Position numbers and translations under genes: made by a program. Shown one piece after another: positions 36,189 to 40,951 of a stretch of DNA of 40,951 nt (position 1 is the first letter of the stretch; each line of letters begins with the position of its first letter). The DNA is from Eggerthellaceae bacterium (GTDB lineage: Bacteria; Actinomycetota; Coriobacteriia; Coriobacteriales; Eggerthellaceae): assembly GCA_030533105.1 (NCBI GenBank), contig JAUNJT010000003.1, positions 1 to 40,951 on the forward strand, given 5' to 3'. The notes beneath the pieces are model-generated. The model was not told the DNA's origin. It saw nothing but the letters and a program-made list of their open reading frames with translations, and did no database searches.

Positions 36189-36211
36189 CCTCGGAGAAAG
36201 AGGCTCCGAGG
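36189..36211 (+). promoter_or_regulatory. Stable stem-loop in the atpB-atpE intergenic region
   Basis: Perfect 8-bp stem CCTCGGAG / CTCCGAGG with a 7-nt loop, ending 20 nt before the atpE start codon. Confidence 0.5.
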
Positions 36212-36231
36212 CGTCCAAAAGGAGGAATACA

Positions 36232-36450
36232 GTGGAAACTACATTCGTCATCGCTGCTCTCAAGGTCGTTGGCTATGGCCTTGGCACCATCGGCCCTGGC
36301 ATCGGCCTTGGTTTGTGCGGCTACGGTCTGTGCGTCGGTTCCGCTCGCCAGCCTGAACTCGCTGGCAAGCTGTTCACCAACGCCCTGATCTTCGGTGCTC
36401 TTGCTGAGGCACTCGCACTGATTGGCTTCGTGCTCACCTTTATCTTCTAA
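36232..36450 (+). CDS. atpE: F0F1 ATP synthase subunit c
   Basis: GTG 36232, 6 nt after AAGGAGG. 72-aa two-helix hairpin, with an ARQPE loop and the carboxylate in LAEALALIGF. Confidence 0.93.
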   Translation: METTFVIAALKVVGYGLGTIGPGIGLGLCGYGLCVGSARQPELAGKLFTNALIFGALAEALALIGFVLTFIF

Positions 36451-36500
36451 GCGGCAATCGAGTATCTATAACGATTAGCCATAAGAAAGAAGGTGAACAC

Positions 36501-37112
36501 GTGATACCAGGAGCAAAGAAGGGTATGTTCAAGGCGGGGCTCATCGCTGCGTGCGCGAGTGCGCTGTCGTTTGCTACTCCGGTGATTGCATTCGCCGAGG
36601 AGAAGAGCGGCATCGATGTCATTTTGCCCGACATGAATGAATTCATTCCCATGCTCGTTGCCTTCATCATCTTGGTCATCATTCTCGCCAAATTCGGTTG
36701 GCCCATCTTCGACGGGATCGTTAAGCGTCGCGACGAGGCTATCAAGGACTCTTTGAAGAAGTCCGAGGATGCCCGTATCGAAAGCGAGCGCTTGCTTGAG
36801 GAGTACCGCAAGCAGCTAGCTGATGCGAAGTCCCAAGCAGCTCAAATCATCGCTGATGCGAAGAAGACCGGCGAATCCGTTCAGGCCGATATCGAGAACA
36901 AGGCAAGGATGGAAGCTGACAACATGATTGAGAAGGCAAAGGCCGCCATCGATTCCGAGAGGAAAGCTGCGATTTCCGAGCTACAGGGAACGGCAGCCGA
37001 TCTTTCCATCTCGGTGGTTGCACGCCTTGTCGGAGAAGATCTGAGCGACGACGATCATCGGAAGATCATCGAGCGCTATGTGAACGAGGCAGGTAGTTTC
37101 AATGCCAACTAA
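36501..37112 (+). CDS. atpF: F0F1 ATP synthase subunit b (with N-terminal signal-like extension)
   Basis: 203 aa. TM helix FIPMLVAFIILVIILAKFGWP, then a long charged helix. Position in the operon. The start could be GTG 36501 or ATG 36525. Confidence 0.88.
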   Translation: MIPGAKKGMFKAGLIAACASALSFATPVIAFAEEKSGIDVILPDMNEFIPMLVAFIILVIILAKFGWPIFDGIVKRRDEAIKDSLKKSEDARIESERLLEEYRKQLADAKSQAAQIIADAKKTGESVQADIENKARMEADNMIEKAKAAIDSERKAAISELQGTAADLSISVVARLVGEDLSDDDHRKIIERYVNEAGSFNAN

Positions 37113-37680
37113 CCGCCTTGTCGAAAAAGAGAAAGTCGTAACGTATGCTGGCGCATTGCTCGATGCGGCGAATCAGGCGGGCGGCCAAGAAGGCGTGCTC
37201 GAGATCCGCGACGAGCTTGAGCAGATCGTGCGCATCATGCGGCAGAGCATCGACTTGACGGAAGCGTTGAGCGAGGTCACGTATTCGCCCGAGCAGCGCG
37301 CATCACTCGTGCGCTCGGTATTCGCGGAATGCAATCCCGTGCTCGTAGATGTCTTGGCAGTTATGGCCGAGCGCGGCGACATGGGTCTTCTCAACCGCAT
37401 TAGCGCGAGTTTCGAGGACCAGATCACCGAAAAGCTCAATGTTACGGTCGTCGATGTCACGACGGTTGTAGAGCTTGATGATCATCTACGCCAGATCATT
37501 ACCCAGAAAACATCCGCCGAACTGGGCACCGATGTCGTGCTTCGCGAGCACATCGATGCATCCATTCTCGGAGGAATCCTTATGAGTGCGAACGGTACGT
37601 ACATCGATGCCAGCGTCAAGACGCAACTCGAGAACGCGCGTACCACGCTCAAGCAAACTGTAGATGGAGGTGAATGCTAG
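37102..37680 (+). CDS. atpH: F0F1 ATP synthase subunit delta (OSCP)
   Basis: 192 aa. Assigned from its position between atpF and atpA and its length. Overlaps atpF by 11 nt. Confidence 0.85.
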   Translation: MPTNRLVEKEKVVTYAGALLDAANQAGGQEGVLEIRDELEQIVRIMRQSIDLTEALSEVTYSPEQRASLVRSVFAECNPVLVDVLAVMAERGDMGLLNRISASFEDQITEKLNVTVVDVTTVVELDDHLRQIITQKTSAELGTDVVLREHIDASILGGILMSANGTYIDASVKTQLENARTTLKQTVDGGEC

Positions 37681-39245
37681 TGACTGAAATCACCGCACAG
37701 TCTATTGAGGCGGCGCTGCGTAAGCAGCTCGATGCCCTCAATACGAGCGTTGAGTCTCGCGAAGTCGGTACCGTCATCCAGGTTGGCGACGGTATTGCAC
37801 GTGTCGATGGCCTTAAAGATGCCATGGCAGGCGAGCTGCTCGAATTCACAGGCGCAGGCGGTAAGACCGTATACGGTCTGGCTCAGAACCTCGAAGAGGA
37901 CGAAGTCGGTGCCGTATTGCTCGGCGATGTCACCGCAATCAAAGAAAACGACCAGGTAAAGACCACTGGTCGTATCGTTGAAGTGCCTGTAGGCAAGGGC
38001 ATGCTCGGTCGTGTTGTGAACCCGCTCGGTATGCCTATCGATGGTAAGGGCCCCATCCAGGCCGAGGGATACCGTCCCGTCGAGTTCAAGGCTCCTGGCG
38101 TTATCGCGCGTCAGCCCGTATGCGAACCGATGCAAACCGGTATTCTTGCAGTCGACTCGATGATTCCTATCGGACGCGGTCAGCGTGAGCTTATCATTGG
38201 CGACCGCCAGACGGGCAAGACGGCAATCGCTGTCGACACCATCATCAATCAAAAGGGTCAGGACATGATCTGCATCTATGTGGCAATCGGCCAGAAGGCT
38301 TCCACGGTTGCGCAGATCGTCGAAACCCTTGACCGCTATGGTGCCATGGATTACACGATTATCGTGTCCGCATCGGCATCCGATTCCGCTCCGTTGCAAT
38401 ACATCGCCCCTATGGCTGGTGCAGCAATGGGCGAGTACTTCATGTATAACGGCGAAGACGGCAAGCCGGCTGGCAAGGACAATCCCGGTCGCCATGTGCT
38501 GTGCATCTACGATGACCTGTCCAAGCAGGCCGTTGCCTATCGTCAGATGTCGTTGACCCTTCGTCGTCCTCCGGGACGCGAGGCGTATCCTGGTGACGTT
38601 TTCTATCTGCATTCTCGTTTGCTCGAGCGTGCCGTAAAGATGTCCGACGTCAATGGCGGCGGTTCTCTGACGGCTCTGCCGATCATCGAGACGCAGGCAG
38701 GCGACGTTTCCGCCTACATTCCGACGAACGTCATCTCCATTACCGATGGCCAGATCTACCTGCAGACCGACTTGTTCTTCCAGGGCCAGCGCCCGGCTGT
38801 CGACGTCGGCATCTCCGTGTCGCGCGTTGGTGGTTCCGCGCAAATCAAGGCCATGAAGCAGGTTGCAGGTTCGCTGCGTCTTGACTTGGCCTCCTACCGC
38901 GAGCTGCAAGCGTTCACGCAATTCGGCAGCGACCTTGACAAGGCCACGCAGGATCAGCTGAACCGCGGTGCTCACATGACCGAGCTTTTGAAGCAGGGTC
39001 GCTACAACCCGATGCCCGTAGAGGAGCAGGCTGTAGCCATCTATGCTGGCGGTCATGGGTATCTGGACGAGTTGCCCGTTTCCGATGTCGTACGCTTCCG
39101 CACCGAATTCCTTGCGTGGATGCGTGCTTCCCATCAGGAGATCTTCGACCATATCGTGGAGGAGAAGAAGTTTACCGATTCCATCGAGGCCGAGCTGAAC
39201 GCTGCTATAGAAGCATTCTTGCAGCAGTTCCAGGTAAGCGCATAA
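37674..39245 (+). CDS. atpA: F0F1 ATP synthase subunit alpha
   Basis: GDRQTGKTA Walker A and the full-length F1-alpha pattern. GTG 37680 has better spacing to GGAGGTG than ATG 37674. Confidence 0.97.
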   Translation: MLVTEITAQSIEAALRKQLDALNTSVESREVGTVIQVGDGIARVDGLKDAMAGELLEFTGAGGKTVYGLAQNLEEDEVGAVLLGDVTAIKENDQVKTTGRIVEVPVGKGMLGRVVNPLGMPIDGKGPIQAEGYRPVEFKAPGVIARQPVCEPMQTGILAVDSMIPIGRGQRELIIGDRQTGKTAIAVDTIINQKGQDMICIYVAIGQKASTVAQIVETLDRYGAMDYTIIVSASASDSAPLQYIAPMAGAAMGEYFMYNGEDGKPAGKDNPGRHVLCIYDDLSKQAVAYRQMSLTLRRPPGREAYPGDVFYLHSRLLERAVKMSDVNGGGSLTALPIIETQAGDVSAYIPTNVISITDGQIYLQTDLFFQGQRPAVDVGISVSRVGGSAQIKAMKQVAGSLRLDLASYRELQAFTQFGSDLDKATQDQLNRGAHMTELLKQGRYNPMPVEEQAVAIYAGGHGYLDELPVSDVVRFRTEFLAWMRASHQEIFDHIVEEKKFTDSIEAELNAAIEAFLQQFQVSA

Positions 39246-39257
39246 GGTAGGTAAGCT

Positions 39258-40157
39258 ATGCCAAACCTTCACGACATCGAACGCCGAATCAACTCCGTTA
39301 CTTCAACGAAGCAGATTACGCGTACCATGGAAATGGTTGCGGCTGCCAAGATCCGTCGTGCGACCGAGCGCGTGGATGAGGCAACGCCGTTCTCTTCTTC
39401 CATGAAGGAAATGCTTGCGAATGTCGCGGCGCAGTCGAGTGGCGGTGATAGCCCGCTGCTTGCCACGCATGACGATGTCAAGCATGTGCTTATCGTTGTT
39501 GTCGTGTCGGACCGCGGCCTTGCAGGTGGCTTTAACAGCAATGTCCTGCGTAAGGCCGAAAGCATTATGAAGGATCGGGAAGCCGCTGGTGCTCAGGTGA
39601 GCGTCGTATCCTGTGGCAAGAAAGGTATCGGCTACTTCAAGTATCGTGGCATCGAGCCTGTGCTTGAGTTCGTCGATTTATCCGCCGATCCCACTGTAGA
39701 AGAAGCGTCATCCGTTTCTGCGTATGCGATCGATGGCTACACCAACGAGGAACTCGATGAGGTCATCGTGGTGTATAACCACGCGAAGAATGCCGGTGAG
39801 CAGGTGCTCACCGTCGAGACCGTGCTTCCCGTCGATACCGAAGCGCTGTTGGCGAATGCCGCAGAGAAGGAAGAGGCCACGGAAGGGACCATCAAGGCAG
39901 GGTTCGAATTCGAGCCTAGCGCTGGTGATGTCCTCGACAGTCTGCTCCCTGCTTACGTACGTACTACGTTCTATCATGCGCTTATCGATTCTGCAGCTGG
40001 CGAGCAAGGTGCTCGTCGTGCTGCTATGAAATCGGCGACAGACAACGCGAACGAAATGGTTGAAACACTTACAAGAATCTATAATCGTGCACGTCAGAGC
40101 GCCATTACGACAGAGATTACCGAAATCGTCGGTGGCGCAGCTGCATTGGAGGATTAA
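39258..40157 (+). CDS. atpG: F0F1 ATP synthase subunit gamma
   Basis: 299 aa. N-terminal IERRINSVTSTKQITRTMEMVAAAK and C-terminal ITTEITEIVGGAAAL. Confidence 0.95.
   Translation: MPNLHDIERRINSVTSTKQITRTMEMVAAAKIRRATERVDEATPFSSSMKEMLANVAAQSSGGDSPLLATHDDVKHVLIVVVVSDRGLAGGFNSNVLRKAESIMKDREAAGAQVSVVSCGKKGIGYFKYRGIEPVLEFVDLSADPTVEEASSVSAYAIDGYTNEELDEVIVVYNHAKNAGEQVLTVETVLPVDTEALLANAAEKEEATEGTIKAGFEFEPSAGDVLDSLLPAYVRTTFYHALIDSAAGEQGARRAAMKSATDNANEMVETLTRIYNRARQSAITTEITEIVGGAAALED

Positions 40158-40951
<794 letters not shown>

Noticed and set aside
37677-39272. 531-aa stop-free ORF on the minus strand covering the whole of atpA.
   Set aside because: It is an antisense shadow of a GC-rich, strongly codon-biased gene. 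The translation is R/H/L/D-rich low-information sequence with no recognisable motifs and no SD. The plus strand encodes a textbook F1 alpha subunit.
39901-39911. GGTTCGAATTC, which resembles a tRNA T-arm.
   Set aside because: It lies inside the atpG reading frame (GFEFE). There is no acceptor or anticodon arm complementarity around it.

Overview
This is a compact, GC-rich, almost fully coding 41-kb chromosomal window. I can support 41 protein-coding genes. By eye I found no rRNA or tRNA genes, no CRISPR array, and no transposase, integrase or phage genes.

Most of the content is housekeeping:
- 1-4.5 kb (minus strand): two ABC exporter loci and an MscS-family channel.
- 4.7-7.7 kb: the pntAB transhydrogenase.
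- 8-10.7 kb: two extracytoplasmic genes that look like cell-wall hydrolases.
- 10.8-20.1 kb: an accessory-looking block. It holds two methyltransferases, a LigB::AMMECR1 fusion with a radical SAM enzyme, a VOC/glyoxalase-like gene, a GspS-like ligase, alkA-ogt alkylation repair, and an operon of a membrane protein, a flavin-reductase-like protein and a GyrI-like protein.
- 20.1-40.9 kb: tilS, a very large fused MacB-type ABC transporter, maf, hpt-ftsH-folP::folK-birA, a COG2509-type FAD protein, tsaC, rpiB, upp, a dCMP deaminase, and the F1Fo ATP synthase operon (atpI-like, then atpBEFHAGD, with atpD cut by the window end).

The tilS/hpt/ftsH/fol neighbourhood, the leaderless-looking starts and the hairpin terminators without U-tracts suggest Actinomycetota, plausibly Coriobacteriia. 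This is inference and cannot be verified here.

I do not see a clear-cut new system. The best candidates for under-described biology are:
1. The fused LigB::AMMECR1 protein with its radical SAM partner.
2. The ogt-alkA-GspS-like(-VOC) gene string and the divergent operon that ends in a GyrI-like gene.
3. The MacB-type ABC fusion with an extracytoplasmic domain of roughly 600 aa.

There are also several small structured or repeat elements in intergenic regions. Many long ORFs in the supplied track are antisense shadows or 5' over-extensions, and I rejected them.
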